Numbered from the stretch's first letter, positions 16,196 to 26,672 are shown. The stretch is DNA of 64,000 nucleotides from Candidatus Woesearchaeota archaeon (GCA_043803105.1 JAZDKJ010000006.1:364222-428221); one strand, 5' to 3'. Notes: generated by a model not told the origin, from the letters alone. Program-made: numbers and translations.

Positions 16196-19049
16196 TTCTT
16201 TGCTTGACCAGTTCTGATAACTCTTTCGGCCATTTTTCAATCTCAGATTTTTTCTTTCTTAAGAATTCAATAAATCCATCTTTAACTTCCCTTCCTTCTA
16301 TCATTTCTGCCAATTGTTCCTTCTCTGTTATTGAAAGCCCCTCGATGTTCCATGCTTGCATCTTAAGGCTGTCGATTTTGTCTTCTTTTTCTGCCTCAAG
16401 TTTTTCTTCCTGCTCTATCCAAAGCTCTTCATAGCTCTTGATTTTGTTCTCTGGCTGCTTCTTTCCCTGTTTCAAAGATATTTTTGCCAGTACCATCTCG
16501 TGCATTCTTTTCAGGAACTCCATCCTGTCCTCGATTTTCAACAGGTCTGTGTAGCCCTGCACTATGAGGTTGAAGGCGAACGGGCTTGGCACTGTTGTTG
16601 CGTATTGCTGGATCTTTATCTTGCCATCTTCGATTTGCTTTAGCACAATGCTTGCGCTTTTTTCGTCCATCAGGTCTTCAAGCACCTCTCTTCGTGCCTC
16701 TTCGAGTATCGGAAATCTTGGGTTTATCCTCCTTACAGCGCTTATAAGTATTGTGGATGATACTTGCTGTCTCCCCACCCTTTGCGTCCTTCCCTTATAT
16801 TGCCTTAGTATCATTAATGCCCTTGTTGCGCAGTGCCTAAACCTTCTTTTCAGTACCTCGCTCGTTTCTATTGCGTTTCTTAACACCAGGTCCAGCTTTT
16901 CTGATTTCAATAGCTCAAAGGCCTTCATCACATTGACCTTCTGATTGGTCATCAGGTAGAATCCATTGTCGTTGATTCCTACTGAAACATCCCTGTGGCT
17001 AACCCTTGATACTGCAAATCCTACCGCCCTTGATAGTGCGTCGTTTACCCTTCTCCCAAACAGGCTGTGCAGCAGGTAGTATGTTTGCTTGCCGTCGTTG
17101 TAGGTTTCCATGATTATTGACTTGTCTGTTGGTATTTCCAGGTACTCTGCCTGTTCTTTGAAATAATTGTATAATGCTTTCGCTGCTTTGCTGTCCACGT
17201 AAAGGTACTGGTTGATGAAGCCCATAACCTCTTCCTCGTTCTGCCTGGCTGAAAATTTCTCTTTGATTAATCTCCTGAATCTGCCTATTTCTAAAGCAAG
17301 GTCAAAGCTTAATGGCAGCATCTCTGAGAACCATGATGGTATTGTTGGCGGCCTATACACTGATGTTCTCACGTACGCAACCATGCCCTTTGCGTACAGG
17401 AACTCATATTTTTCCCCTCCCAAGACAAATACGTCTCCCTTTTTTAGCCTTTCAAGGAAAGCCTCGTCTATCTGTCCTATTGCCTGCTCACCTATCTTCA
17501 CTGTTATGTACATCTCGTCTGGTATCGTTCCTATGTTTGTCATGTAGATTACCCTGCCGAGCCTTCCTTTTTTCCCTATCATATTGCTTTCAGGGTCATA
17601 CCATATCTTTGCGTAGATGTGCCTGTCTTCGAGCGATGTGAACTTTCCCGCAAGGTATTGGAGTATATCGATGTAGTCCTTTCTTTGCAGGTCTTTGAAC
17701 GGGTAGCTCTGCTTGATTATTTTGAAAAGCTCGTCAACATTCCATTTCTGCTCTAAGGCAAAACCATCTATCTGCTGTGCAAGCACGTCAAGGCAGTTTG
17801 TTGGCAGGTGTATCTTGTCAATCTTTTTCTCTATTGCGCACTTTAGCAATACTGAGCATTCCACCAGGTCGTCCCTGTCAAGCACTATTATCCTTGCCTT
17901 GACCTTGTCGTGCAGTTTGTGTCCTGACCTTCCTGCTCTCTGAAGAAATCTTGCTACTGACTTTGGCGAGCCAAGGCAGATTACAAGGTCTATGTATCCT
18001 ATGTCTATGCCAAGCTCCAGGGAGGTGCTTGACACAATGACCTTGAGCTCTCCATTTCTTAGTCTGGTTTCTATGTCATGCCTGAGTGTTTTCGACAATG
18101 ACCCATGGTGCGCTCCTATGTTTGAGGTGTACTTTTGCGGCCACCTGTCCTTGAGATGGTCGATTACTCTCTCTGTTGCCGACCTTGTGTTTGTAAATAT
18201 GAGTGTTGTCCTATGGCTTTGCACCAGGTTGTCTATGAGCTCATACATTTTCTGGTGCATTACGCTGTGAGGCGTGCTTATCAGGTCTTCAACTGGTGAC
18301 ATTACTTTCAGGTCCATTTCCTTTAGGAATTGCACGTCTGCTATTTTGCAGTCTCTTGGTTTATCATCCTTGAAGCCTACCAGGAACAATGCAATCTCTT
18401 CTAATGGTGCGATTGTTGCGGAGAGGCCTATCCTTGTCATGTGCGGAGATAAGTAGTCAAGCCTTTCCAAAGACAATGATAAATGAACACCCCTCTTGTT
18501 CTCCGCTAACGCATGTATTTCGTCTACTACACACCACTCCACTGCCTTGAGGTGGTCCCTAAACTTAGGTGAGGTCAGCATGATGGCAAGGCTTTCAGGT
18601 GTTGTGATCAATATGTGCGGCGGCTTCCTTAGCATCTTTTGCTTTTCCGCTGTCGTTGTGTCTCCTGTCCTGACCCCTACTCTTATCCCAAGCTTTTTTC
18701 CTGCAGCCTCTTCCATTTCTTTCAAAGGTTCCACAAGGTTGTGCTGGATGTCGTTTCCGAGTGCCTTTAGCGGGCTCACGTAAACGCAGTAGATTTTATC
18801 CTGCAAAATTTCCTTTTGGGAGGAGTCTATTAGCTCGTTCAGAATCGATAGAAATGCTGTAAGTGTCTTTGTCGCTCCTGTCGGAGCGCTGACTAGGATG
18901 TTTGCCCTGGAGTGTATCTCCATCACCCCAAAGAGCTGCGGCAGTGAGAACTTCTCGAATTTCTTGAAGAACCATTCCTTAACGATTGGATTGAGGATTT
19001 GTTTCAGTTCTTCTTCAGTATTGGCTTTAACCTTATGCTCTATCATCAA
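16185..19049 (-). CDS. lhr: Lhr-type large ATP-dependent helicase (superfamily 2)
   Basis: 954 aa with a Walker A (SAPTGATKT), a DEIH box (VVDEIHAL) and a SAT-like motif. The domain order and length match archaeal Lhr. Confidence 0.85.
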   Translation of the reverse strand: MMIEHKVKANTEEELKQILNPIVKEWFFKKFEKFSLPQLFGVMEIHSRANILVSAPTGATKTLTAFLSILNELIDSSQKEILQDKIYCVYVSPLKALGNDIQHNLVEPLKEMEEAAGKKLGIRVGVRTGDTTTAEKQKMLRKPPHILITTPESLAIMLTSPKFRDHLKAVEWCVVDEIHALAENKRGVHLSLSLERLDYLSPHMTRIGLSATIAPLEEIALFLVGFKDDKPRDCKIADVQFLKEMDLKVMSPVEDLISTPHSVMHQKMYELIDNLVQSHRTTLIFTNTRSATERVIDHLKDRWPQKYTSNIGAHHGSLSKTLRHDIETRLRNGELKVIVSSTSLELGIDIGYIDLVICLGSPKSVARFLQRAGRSGHKLHDKVKARIIVLDRDDLVECSVLLKCAIEKKIDKIHLPTNCLDVLAQQIDGFALEQKWNVDELFKIIKQSYPFKDLQRKDYIDILQYLAGKFTSLEDRHIYAKIWYDPESNMIGKKGRLGRVIYMTNIGTIPDEMYITVKIGEQAIGQIDEAFLERLKKGDVFVLGGEKYEFLYAKGMVAYVRTSVYRPPTIPSWFSEMLPLSFDLALEIGRFRRLIKEKFSARQNEEEVMGFINQYLYVDSKAAKALYNYFKEQAEYLEIPTDKSIIMETYNDGKQTYYLLHSLFGRRVNDALSRAVGFAVSRVSHRDVSVGINDNGFYLMTNQKVNVMKAFELLKSEKLDLVLRNAIETSEVLKRRFRHCATRALMILRQYKGRTQRVGRQQVSSTILISAVRRINPRFPILEEARREVLEDLMDEKSASIVLKQIEDGKIKIQQYATTVPSPFAFNLIVQGYTDLLKIEDRMEFLKRMHEMVLAKISLKQGKKQPENKIKSYEELWIEQEEKLEAEKEDKIDSLKMQAWNIEGLSITEKEQLAEMIEGREVKDGFIEFLRKKKSEIEKWPKELSELVKQRINH

Positions 19050-19158
19050 ATACTCAAGAAATTCTGTTGTTTAAAAAGGTTGGTTTCAATTGGTAATCCA
19101 CAAACTGACTCAAAGTTATGAAAACTTATATATACTGATCATTTGATATAACAAAACC

Positions 19159-19410
19159 ATGAAGAAGGCAATAATCATTTCAATAATGCTGTTGGTAATG
19201 CTGGTTGCCGGATGCAAAGAAAAAACATTAGAAACTGGACCTGAAACACCTTGCACAACTGACAATGACTGCTGGTGTAGGTCTTATACCGGCCTAGGTT
19301 TTATAGCAGGGAAGGGTCCAAGCAGATGTTGCACAGAAGAACTACAAGAAAATATGAACCAAAAAATCTGTCCTGCTGTCAACAAATGCAAGCGATGTTT
19401 ATATCAATAA
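19159..19410 (+). CDS. Small secreted/lipoprotein-like Cys-rich protein, hypothetical
   Basis: MKKAIIISIMLLVMLVAGC resembles a lipobox signal. It has 8 Cys residues across 83 aa. Confidence 0.35.
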   Translation: MKKAIIISIMLLVMLVAGCKEKTLETGPETPCTTDNDCWCRSYTGLGFIAGKGPSRCCTEELQENMNQKICPAVNKCKRCLYQ

Positions 19411-19429
19411 TGCTCCTTGGCATCACTTT

Positions 19430-20392
19430 TCACACCAACTCACTTTGCAGTATATTTAACAGATACCCAGTAAAGATTATTGCCAGAGTTGTTATTCCAA
19501 AAAATATTCCTATCAATTTTAGATTCATAGCCCTTCTAAGCATGATTGCTTCAGGCAGGCTTAAGGCAGCTACCGCCATCATGAAAGCCAATGCAGTCCC
19601 CAAAGGGATTCCTTTTTGGAAGAGCACCACTGCAATCGGGACGATTGCTGCACAGCTGCCATACATTGGAACTCCTATCAACGTGGCTATTGGTACTGAA
19701 AAAATGCCTCCCTTGCTTATCAATCCTTGAATCAATTCAGAAGGCACATAGTTGTGGATTGCCGCTCCGACCCCTACTCCAACCAGCACCCATATCCATA
19801 ATTTCTTGGCAATTGATACGGATTCATTGAACCCGAATTGCACTCTTTTTTTGATAGAATCATAATTAATTTCTTTGATATGTTTAGAGTTTGTAGATAT
19901 AAGATCTTTAACAAGATGTTTGTCCAATTTCATGCCGCCAAGTATTAATCCGGATACAACTCCTATCAGAATGCCGCTTAATACATATGCCATAGTGATT
20001 TTCCATCCAAAGAACCCGAGCATTAGGACTACCAAATATTCGTTTATCAGTGGGGAAGTTATTAAGAAGGAAAAAGTCACTCCTAAAGGGATTCCTGCCT
20101 CAAGAAAACTTATGAAAATGGGAATTGAAGAGCATGAACAGAAAGGTGTTATAGCCCCAAACAATGAAGCCAGTACGTTTCCGATGCCTTTTTTCTTTCC
20201 GCTTAGCCATTGCTTGACTTTATTTTGGGGAATGTATGTTCTGATGAAGCCTATTGCAAGGATCATGAAGAACAGAAGGAAGAGTATTTTGATAGAATCA
20301 TAAACAAAATAATTAATGGATTGGATCAGCCTTGAAGAAGAATCAAGTCCTAAAAGGTTGTACAGGATCCAATCAACAATCACTTGCAGCAT
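19430..20392 (-). CDS. Permease of the UPF0718/COG0701 family (YraQ-like)
   Basis: 320 aa, polytopic, with the family-typical [10 protein letters not shown] motif. It pairs with the ArsR regulator immediately upstream. Confidence 0.7.
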   Translation of the reverse strand: MLQVIVDWILYNLLGLDSSSRLIQSINYFVYDSIKILFLLFFMILAIGFIRTYIPQNKVKQWLSGKKKGIGNVLASLFGAITPFCSCSSIPIFISFLEAGIPLGVTFSFLITSPLINEYLVVLMLGFFGWKITMAYVLSGILIGVVSGLILGGMKLDKHLVKDLISTNSKHIKEINYDSIKKRVQFGFNESVSIAKKLWIWVLVGVGVGAAIHNYVPSELIQGLISKGGIFSVPIATLIGVPMYGSCAAIVPIAVVLFQKGIPLGTALAFMMAVAALSLPEAIMLRRAMNLKLIGIFFGITTLAIIFTGYLLNILQSELV

Positions 20393-20493
20393 GAGTCATC
20401 GCAGCAGCATTTTTTCTCTTTGGATTTCTTTTTGAGTTTCTTGTCCATTTTATCAATAATTTTTCCAATAAAATTCTTCTTCTTTTCGGTCAT
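20380..20493 (-). CDS. Tiny (37 aa) lysine-rich ORF with a C-terminal Cys cluster, hypothetical
   Basis: [37 protein letters not shown] sits between arsR and the permease and overlaps the permease start codon. It could be a small metal-binding peptide or a chance ORF. Confidence 0.25.
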   Translation of the reverse strand: MTEKKKNFIGKIIDKMDKKLKKKSKEKKCCCDDSCCK

Positions 20494-20502
20494 GTTTATC
20501 AC

Positions 20503-20790
20503 CTAGCATACAGTTTTCGTGGTTTTATTCTTGCCAATTCCCAGCAATTTGCAGATAGAGTATACCCTCTTGTCCTTAATTGAGTAGAAAATATTCCTGC
20601 CTTTTCTTCTGGATTTCAGGATATTTTCTTTTTCCAGGTCATTCAAGTGTGTTGAGACTGTTGATTGCGCTCTCCCTGTAACCGAAATAAACTCGCATGA
20701 GCACACTTCGCCCTTAAGGAGATGCCTTATTATCTTGAGTTTTGTCTCATCACCCAAGATTCTCAAGAATACAGCACTTTCCTTTAGCAT
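20503..20790 (-). CDS. arsR: ArsR/SmtB-family transcriptional regulator
   Basis: LRILGDETKLKIIRHLLKGEVCSCEF is an HTH with a CxC metal-sensing motif. The ORF track extends to 20838, but the MLKES start at 20790 is more plausible. Confidence 0.7.
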   Translation of the reverse strand: MLKESAVFLRILGDETKLKIIRHLLKGEVCSCEFISVTGRAQSTVSTHLNDLEKENILKSRRKGRNIFYSIKDKRVYSICKLLGIGKNKTTKTVC

Positions 20791-20939
20791 AAATATCGAT
20801 AAATGTAGATATATAAATAATTTTCGGATGGACAGCACTTATGTTCCCTCTCAGGTTCCTTTTATAAACTGAAGTCGCCCCGAATGTAAGAACGGACAGA
20901 ACAATAATCTTTATATATCACTTTAGAGTTACTATTGGA

Positions 20940-21191
20940 ATGCAGCACCAAGTTAACGTGTTTTATGATCCGAAAACAATGGATATAGGTTTGTTGCAGA
21001 AGTTTTACTCAGCGTACGGTCTCGCTTCCCCGTCAGAAGACGCGTTAAGATTTCCTCTGTTTCGCCGCAACGGCGATGGATTGGAAACAGCCCTGGCAAA
21101 ATATGAGTTCTTGACAAAGGCTCAAGCTATGGAATTGATAAGTGCTGTTAGTGATTTCAAGAATATCCAAACAGAGATGTCTGACCTTTAG
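20940..21191 (+). CDS. Hypothetical protein (83 aa)
   Basis: ORF only, with no recognisable motif. Confidence 0.3.
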   Translation: MQHQVNVFYDPKTMDIGLLQKFYSAYGLASPSEDALRFPLFRRNGDGLETALAKYEFLTKAQAMELISAVSDFKNIQTEMSDL

Positions 21192-21272
21192 TGCTTCACC
21201 TAATTTTATATTGTAATTCTTCACCAATTTCTCATATAACTGTCTCTTGTATGAGCTTTATAGAATTCCAAC

Positions 21273-21818
21273 TTATTTCTTCCTTACCTTTTCCGGATTC
21301 AACTTCTTGTATCCCATCCATATAAGTATTGCCAGAGTCAAGCCTAAAATTATGACCCTGAGATAGTTTGAGGCATTGCTCCAGTACCTTATGATGCCAT
21401 ATATTATTGATATTACTCCTCCACCCATCAGCCCTGAGGAAACGCTCTCAAGCTTGAGGATAAATCCTCCTAAGGCCACTGCTATTAACCCTAATATTGT
21501 TGCTGCAATGAATACATTTTTTGTATAGCCTTTGTCTGCATCCTCGTATTGTTTTTGACATTTTGAATACATGTCGCAAAAACCCTGTGGGCACTCAATT
21601 ACTCCAGGTTCGCACTTCTGCTTACTTGGATATGGGTTCCAAACCCCTCCTGTTGCATTGCAGGCTGCCTCAGTCATTGTTGGTGGTGTTGCAACATTCT
21701 TGCAATAGTCATTATATTCTGGTCCTGGTTTGACAGCATGAATTGAGAATCCTACGAAAAGCGCAAGCACGATCGCTATCGCGACCCCAAGGATTGTTTG
21801 CTTGACTTTGGATACCAT
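21273..21818 (-). CDS. Membrane protein with an extracytoplasmic Cys-rich domain, hypothetical
   Basis: N-terminal TM helix, a Cys-rich loop (CKNVATPPTMTEAACNATGG...CEPGVIECPQGFCDMYSKC), then two C-terminal TM helices. Confidence 0.45.
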   Translation of the reverse strand: MVSKVKQTILGVAIAIVLALFVGFSIHAVKPGPEYNDYCKNVATPPTMTEAACNATGGVWNPYPSKQKCEPGVIECPQGFCDMYSKCQKQYEDADKGYTKNVFIAATILGLIAVALGGFILKLESVSSGLMGGGVISIIYGIIRYWSNASNYLRVIILGLTLAILIWMGYKKLNPEKVRKK

Positions 21819-21907
21819 ACATCTGCCTAAGGTTGCCTATTATTTAAATTTATTGATTTGAGGCAGTTATGTAGGTAATCAAAGAATCTTGTTTCCATGA
21901 ATTGCCC

Positions 21908-22654
21908 CTACCTTTTAGTCCTGTAAAAACATGCGTGGTCAAAATCCCCTGGCACGATCTTTGCTGTATGGTCAGTAGCCACTTGAAGAAAAAACATCTT
22001 CCTGAATGCGTCTGAATGACTGCCTTTTTCATTGTGTCTGCCGATTCTGACAGACCATTCCTGTTTGTTATCTTCATATTTGTGGTACAGCTGGTCAAGT
22101 TTTTCCATATAATGCAAGAATACTTGCTTAATCTCTTGACCGTTTTTGAAAGCCTTGAAGTCTTCTCTTGGGCGTATATCCCTTACCAGGTAGCGTCCTC
22201 CTTCAGTAAGGTTGGGCATGATCATAAAGGTTCCGTGAGTGCTCGGGTACCATTGGGCTTTACCCTCTTTGTTCTTTAAGCACCCAGAAATTGCGGGTAT
22301 ATCAAACCCAAATTCTTGATATAGGAAGGTCATCATATCGTGCTGCTTTGGCGTATAGTTCGGCGACAAGTGCATCACATAATATTTCTTGAACTTGAAA
22401 TGGTTGGCCGCTTTCGCCACCCAGCGATCATCAAGCTTGATAACCAACTGTCCCTCACCGCGATTTAAGTATCGCCTTGAGTCAGTGCGGAGGTAGAACT
22501 CATCGCTTAGAAAGTCTTCAATGAGGTCAGTTGTGTCGCACCCGCATGCCGCGCACCATTCTGCATGAAACTTTCTTCTGGCAGCAACTATTTCTTCAGT
22601 CCTGTTCTGCGCTATTATCTCTTCGAGTTTTCCTATTTGTTCTGTAAAGGGCAT
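21908..22654 (-). CDS. Hypothetical protein (248 aa) with an HAEWCAACGCD Cys motif
   Basis: Long ORF with even codon usage. No family recognised by eye. Confidence 0.45.
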   Translation of the reverse strand: MPFTEQIGKLEEIIAQNRTEEIVAARRKFHAEWCAACGCDTTDLIEDFLSDEFYLRTDSRRYLNRGEGQLVIKLDDRWVAKAANHFKFKKYYVMHLSPNYTPKQHDMMTFLYQEFGFDIPAISGCLKNKEGKAQWYPSTHGTFMIMPNLTEGGRYLVRDIRPREDFKAFKNGQEIKQVFLHYMEKLDQLYHKYEDNKQEWSVRIGRHNEKGSHSDAFRKMFFLQVATDHTAKIVPGDFDHACFYRTKR

Positions 22655-22736
22655 TAGTAGGTGCAGTTGCTTCTGGATTCTTAAGATTAATGGCTGCTAG
22701 CGCCTCACTCCTGATCCATCTGAAAGGATTAAATAC

Positions 22737-23132
22737 TTGGAAAACAATCTGTGCCCTGTGAAACCATTCATTATCATCTTACTGATTATATTCTTGCCCA
22801 TTCTGGCCTGCTCTCAACAGCAAGGCATCATTCAAGGTAAGGTTAGCATCGGCCCTTTGTGCCCTGTTGAGAGAAATCCTCCTGACCCAAATTGTCAGCC
22901 TACTCTTGAGACCTTTCGCAATTGGCCTATTGGGGTTTATTCAGAAAACACAAAGGTAGGTGATATCATGCCTGATTCAAGCGGTACATACACTCTTGAT
23001 TTGAACCCTGGTGTCTACACAGTCAAGCTTGAGCTAAACCAGGGCATAGGTCGCAACCTGCCGATGGAAATTGTTGTGAAATCTGGCGAGACAACATCCC
23101 TTGATGTGAATATCGATACTGGCATCAGATGA
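22737..23132 (+). CDS. Secreted lipoprotein with a predicted beta-sandwich domain, hypothetical
   Basis: Signal peptide with an ILAC|S lipobox, followed by a roughly 100-aa domain (GTYTLDLNPGVYTVKLE). Confidence 0.45.
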   Translation: MENNLCPVKPFIIILLIIFLPILACSQQQGIIQGKVSIGPLCPVERNPPDPNCQPTLETFRNWPIGVYSENTKVGDIMPDSSGTYTLDLNPGVYTVKLELNQGIGRNLPMEIVVKSGETTSLDVNIDTGIR

Positions 23133-23193
23133 ATTTACACTATTTCTTTTCCATATGGAAAACTATTTAAATGCCCGACCCTGACCAAACCAC

Positions 23194-23511
23194 ATGCCCC
23201 GAGGTCGTCCTGTTTATAGTGAAGTCCGCCAGAACATGGTTGAGATTCTTGCAGCCCTAAAAAAAGGGTGCGGTTATGACATCTATAGAGTGTACCGCAA
23301 TATCTATCCCAAGATTACTCTGCGCCTTGTTTACTACCATTTGAAGAAGGGCGTTGTTCTGGGTGAGTTCAAGGTCCACACTGTTGTATCTGAAAAGGGT
23401 GATTACAGCTGGGGTCCAGAAGCTCAGAAGATTTATTATTCGCTTGGGGAAAAAGCCACTCCTAAAGGAGATCCCAGAGTGACCAAATATATAGACAGAA
23501 AAACAAAGTAA
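23194..23511 (+). CDS. PadR-like winged-helix transcriptional regulator
   Basis: GCGYDIYRVYRNIYPKITLRLVYYHLKKGVVLGEF fits the PadR recognition-helix and wing pattern. Confidence 0.4.
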   Translation: MPRGRPVYSEVRQNMVEILAALKKGCGYDIYRVYRNIYPKITLRLVYYHLKKGVVLGEFKVHTVVSEKGDYSWGPEAQKIYYSLGEKATPKGDPRVTKYIDRKTK

Positions 23512-23778
23512 CTATCTTTTCTTTGCGCTTAAAGAGGTTAGCTTATGCACAACCTGTTTCAGGCTCTCTATGTCCTTTCTCACTTCAACCAAGTCAAAGA
23601 ACTTGATGTATTTCAGGTAAGGAAGGAGCATTAAGACAAAGATTAAGCTGACCATGAAGAATGCGAACTTGTCTGTCTTCAGTGGCATAACATCAAATAC
23701 GTGAAGGATCATCAGAACATAAAGCGTGAAAACGAGCAAGATAAACGGCAGCGGGTTCTTGGCTATCTTGTCTTCCAT
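23512..23778 (-). CDS. Small membrane protein, hypothetical
   Basis: 88 aa with two hydrophobic helices. Confidence 0.3.
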   Translation of the reverse strand: MEDKIAKNPLPFILLVFTLYVLMILHVFDVMPLKTDKFAFFMVSLIFVLMLLPYLKYIKFFDLVEVRKDIESLKQVVHKLTSLSAKKR

Positions 23779-23813
23779 GGTATTGCCCCCTCTTTGGAAC
23801 TTTATAATTGTTT

Positions 23814-24050
23814 CTATTTGTGCATCCCTTCAATCATTTTCTTCTCAAGAAATCTTGACATGTTGATGTTCTTCTCTGTGCAATACGCCTTGAACCTTCT
23901 AAGTACATTCTCGTCAATCGTTATATTGAGCCTCTTCCTCCTGTAAAGTTTTGGAAGTTTTTTGGTTCTCTCATACTCCAGGAGACTCTCAAATACTTCG
24001 GGATATTTGCGTATTATTTCCAGTCCTTTTGCTACTTCCCGTTTTCCCAT
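23814..24050 (-). CDS. Ribbon-helix-helix (CopG-like) DNA-binding protein
   Basis: C-terminal RLNITIDENVLRRFKAYCTEKNINMSRFLEKKM is a typical RHH beta-strand followed by two helices. Confidence 0.5.
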   Translation of the reverse strand: MGKREVAKGLEIIRKYPEVFESLLEYERTKKLPKLYRRKRLNITIDENVLRRFKAYCTEKNINMSRFLEKKMIEGMHK

Positions 24051-24106
24051 TTGACTGTTGGCTTCATACGTACATATACGTATAAATATTTAAGCCTTAT
24101 GATTTA

Positions 24107-24790
24107 TTATTTAATCCGCTTAAAGAACCCAAAGAGCGCAAAAGCCTCTCTTTTGGTTAGGAAGCTCTTATTAAGAATTCGTTTCCATACCTTTCTCTGT
24201 GTTTCCTTTTTTTCTTTTGTAGGGAATTTCATCTTGCCGAGCACCTTGTCCACAAGCTTTAGCAGCAAGTCCTTTTCTTTCTTTGTTGCCAGCACAAATT
24301 TTTCTTCAGTCTGCTTTTCTGATTCCGCCCTTCTTAGTTCATAAAGCAATATTGCCACTGCGTGGCTTATGTTTAGTGTCGGATGCTTAGAGGCAGTTGG
24401 TATGTGCACAATGAAATCACAGTCCTGCACTTCTTTGTTTGTCAGCCCTATTCCTTCTCTCCCGAACAGTAGCGCAATCCTTGTCTTGCGCGGAATTACG
24501 CTTGCGAGTTGTCTCGGTGTTATCGGGCTCCTTGGAAGGTTGTAGTCAGTACCCAATCGTGCAGTTGTTCCAATGATATAGTCATATTCCTTCAGAAGTC
24601 TCTTTTTCCCAATAATTGCGTTAGCCAATATCCTGTTTCCGAACTTTGAGCGCGCAATCGCCTCAGAACTTTTGATGTCGCACTTTGGGTCAATCAGAAC
24701 AAGTCTTCCATATCTAAAATTGTGTAAAACCCTTGCTATCGCTCCAACATTGCCTGCGTTCTCCGGCTGCATAAGCACAATGTCTATCAT
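24107..24790 (-). CDS. SPOUT-class RNA 2'-O-methyltransferase (TrmJ/TrmH-like)
   Basis: IVLMQPENAGNVGAIARVL, LFGREGIGL and IPT...LNISHAVAILLYEL form a SpoU signature. The start is set to the internal MIDIV codon to avoid overlapping the upstream gene. Confidence 0.75.
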   Translation of the reverse strand: MIDIVLMQPENAGNVGAIARVLHNFRYGRLVLIDPKCDIKSSEAIARSKFGNRILANAIIGKKRLLKEYDYIIGTTARLGTDYNLPRSPITPRQLASVIPRKTRIALLFGREGIGLTNKEVQDCDFIVHIPTASKHPTLNISHAVAILLYELRRAESEKQTEEKFVLATKKEKDLLLKLVDKVLGKMKFPTKEKKETQRKVWKRILNKSFLTKREAFALFGFFKRIK

Positions 24791-24828
24791 GCTAACAATG
24801 GATTGTATGGCGAATTTAAAGCTTTTTG

Positions 24829-26013
24829 TTATCTTGTGAATCCAAAGAAGACATTGACTAAGATAAGCGTAATGAAAAATGCGCTGATAAGCATCCAATA
24901 GAATCTTGCCTTTTTCTGGTCGAAGTATTTCTCAAGGGTTGTGAGCATCATTCTGCCTCCATCCACCGGTCCTAAAGGCAGCAGGTTGAACAGCCCTATT
25001 CCAACACTTAGAAGGTAAAGCCAATAAAGTAATCCTAGCAACCAGACTATTGCCTCAGGTAGGAACCCCCCTATAGAGTTCTGCACTCCTGGCTTCAGTA
25101 TGCTGTTCTGTCGGACGAATATCCCGAGGTATGGGGCGCTAAGGTTTGATGGGTTTGCTGCCAAGATCATATCATATCCTGTTTTATTGGTTGTGATATG
25201 CAGGTTCTCACCAGGTGTTTTCATCTTGAGTGCCTGCACAAAGCTTTCAATATCTGTGATGGAGTTATTATCAAGTCCTGTAACTATCTCCCCTGGCTTT
25301 ATCCCTGATGTCTCTGCAGGGAATTTGGCTGTTGAGTTGATGAAGCCAGTTACCTGAACCCCGTTGTATTGGTATAATGCCCCAGTTATCGGACCGGCAA
25401 ACGCGAAAAGCAGCAACAGCGCAATTGCCCCTAGTATAATGTTCGAAAATGGGCCTGCTGCAAAGACCGATAGTTGCTGCTTGACTTTTCTTTTTGACAC
25501 CTCTTTTTCATCTGGCTCAACAAAGGCCGCTGGTAGTATAGGAATAATAATTCCGAGAAATGCGATTCCGCTGGATTTTATCTTCATCTTGTATGCCCTG
25601 GCGATTAGCCCATGTGAGAATTCGTGCACTGCTGCGATGATCATGATTGAGATAATCCAGTAAAAGAACGGCACATAAAATGTTCCCGGTACCTTTACAG
25701 GAAGCACGAGCTGTACCCCAGGCAATGCGGTTGGGTTGGTCAGAAGTTTTACCAGGTTTTGCACCAGCGCAAACGCTATAAGTGCCATCCCAAGAAAACC
25801 GATAAAAATGCCTGCTGTTGCAAGCCATTTCAGCAGTTTTGGCAACCTGGATGCCCAGCTGTCCATTGCTTTTAAGCCTACTTTGGAACGGTACATCAGC
25901 ACGTACAGCACTGGGAAGAAGATTTTCTGCAACCTTAGCCTGTCTCTCCTTGCGTACAAGAAAACTCCCAAAAGAACAACAAAGAGAATGGCACTTGTTG
26001 TCTGGAAATCCAT
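24829..26013 (-). CDS. Site-2 protease (M50 family intramembrane metalloprotease) with a PDZ domain
   Basis: HEFSHGLIA (HExxH) and NLLPLGPVDGG (LDG motif) are present, in a polytopic protein. Confidence 0.8.
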   Translation of the reverse strand: MDFQTTSAILFVVLLGVFLYARRDRLRLQKIFFPVLYVLMYRSKVGLKAMDSWASRLPKLLKWLATAGIFIGFLGMALIAFALVQNLVKLLTNPTALPGVQLVLPVKVPGTFYVPFFYWIISIMIIAAVHEFSHGLIARAYKMKIKSSGIAFLGIIIPILPAAFVEPDEKEVSKRKVKQQLSVFAAGPFSNIILGAIALLLLFAFAGPITGALYQYNGVQVTGFINSTAKFPAETSGIKPGEIVTGLDNNSITDIESFVQALKMKTPGENLHITTNKTGYDMILAANPSNLSAPYLGIFVRQNSILKPGVQNSIGGFLPEAIVWLLGLLYWLYLLSVGIGLFNLLPLGPVDGGRMMLTTLEKYFDQKKARFYWMLISAFFITLILVNVFFGFTR

Positions 26014-26015
26014 TT

Positions 26016-26177
26016 TTACTTCTTTCTAACAGGCCTAAGTGCTTTGCTCCCGCACTTTCTGCAGCTGATCCTTTTTTGGATCACTGCCATTGAAGGTGCT
26101 TTCACAACAGTCTTGCACTTTCTGCAGACAAAATGATTTTTGAACATTCGCGCTTCTGCTTCTGGGAATTTAACCAT
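26016..26177 (-). CDS. rpl40e: 50S ribosomal protein L40e
   Basis: 53-aa ORF MVKFPEAEARMFKNHFVCRKCKTVVKAPSMAVIQKRISCRKCGSKALRPVRKK. It has the L40e C4 zinc-ribbon pattern and is below the ORF-track length cut-off. Confidence 0.7.
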   Translation of the reverse strand: MVKFPEAEARMFKNHFVCRKCKTVVKAPSMAVIQKRISCRKCGSKALRPVRKK

Positions 26178-26186
26178 TTCTCACAC

Positions 26187-26588
26187 CTAATCAGGTTTAA
26201 TCTGTTTCATTATCTTGTCATTCAGCACTACCCAATACAAGATAATTTTTCCTTCCTTTAATTCTGCTTTCAATTCATCTGGAATCTTTAGGTCAAAGGT
26301 CTCGTATGTCTGGCTGTCCATCACGTTTGCCATTTCTCCGGTTATTGATAGCACTTGTGCGTCTCTTTTCTCGATTATGGGGACTTCCACAGTGTCGTGT
26401 CCTGGCATGACCACTTCCCTTTTCTTGTCATCGATCATGCCTATGCCCACAATCCTGACCTTTGCGTGTCCGTGCTTTCCAGGTCTTGATATTTGTAGGT
26501 CACTTACAACGCAAGCTGCTCCGTCCATTACTAGGTAGCTTCCTTTCTTGAGGGTACCTGCACTTGCGTTTTTTGTCTCTCCCATCAA
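26187..26588 (-). CDS. eif5a: Translation initiation factor 5A (aIF5A)
   Basis: The hypusine-site motif SRPGKHGHAKVRIVG is conserved, along with the overall fold pattern. Confidence 0.85.
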   Translation of the reverse strand: MMGETKNASAGTLKKGSYLVMDGAACVVSDLQISRPGKHGHAKVRIVGIGMIDDKKREVVMPGHDTVEVPIIEKRDAQVLSITGEMANVMDSQTYETFDLKIPDELKAELKEGKIILYWVVLNDKIMKQIKPD

Positions 26589-26672
26589 ATCACCGTGATT
26601 ATCAGAGACTATAGGCTATTTATAAAGGTTATGGTGGCATGCTGCCTTAGACAATTAGTTTTTTAAGGCGCA

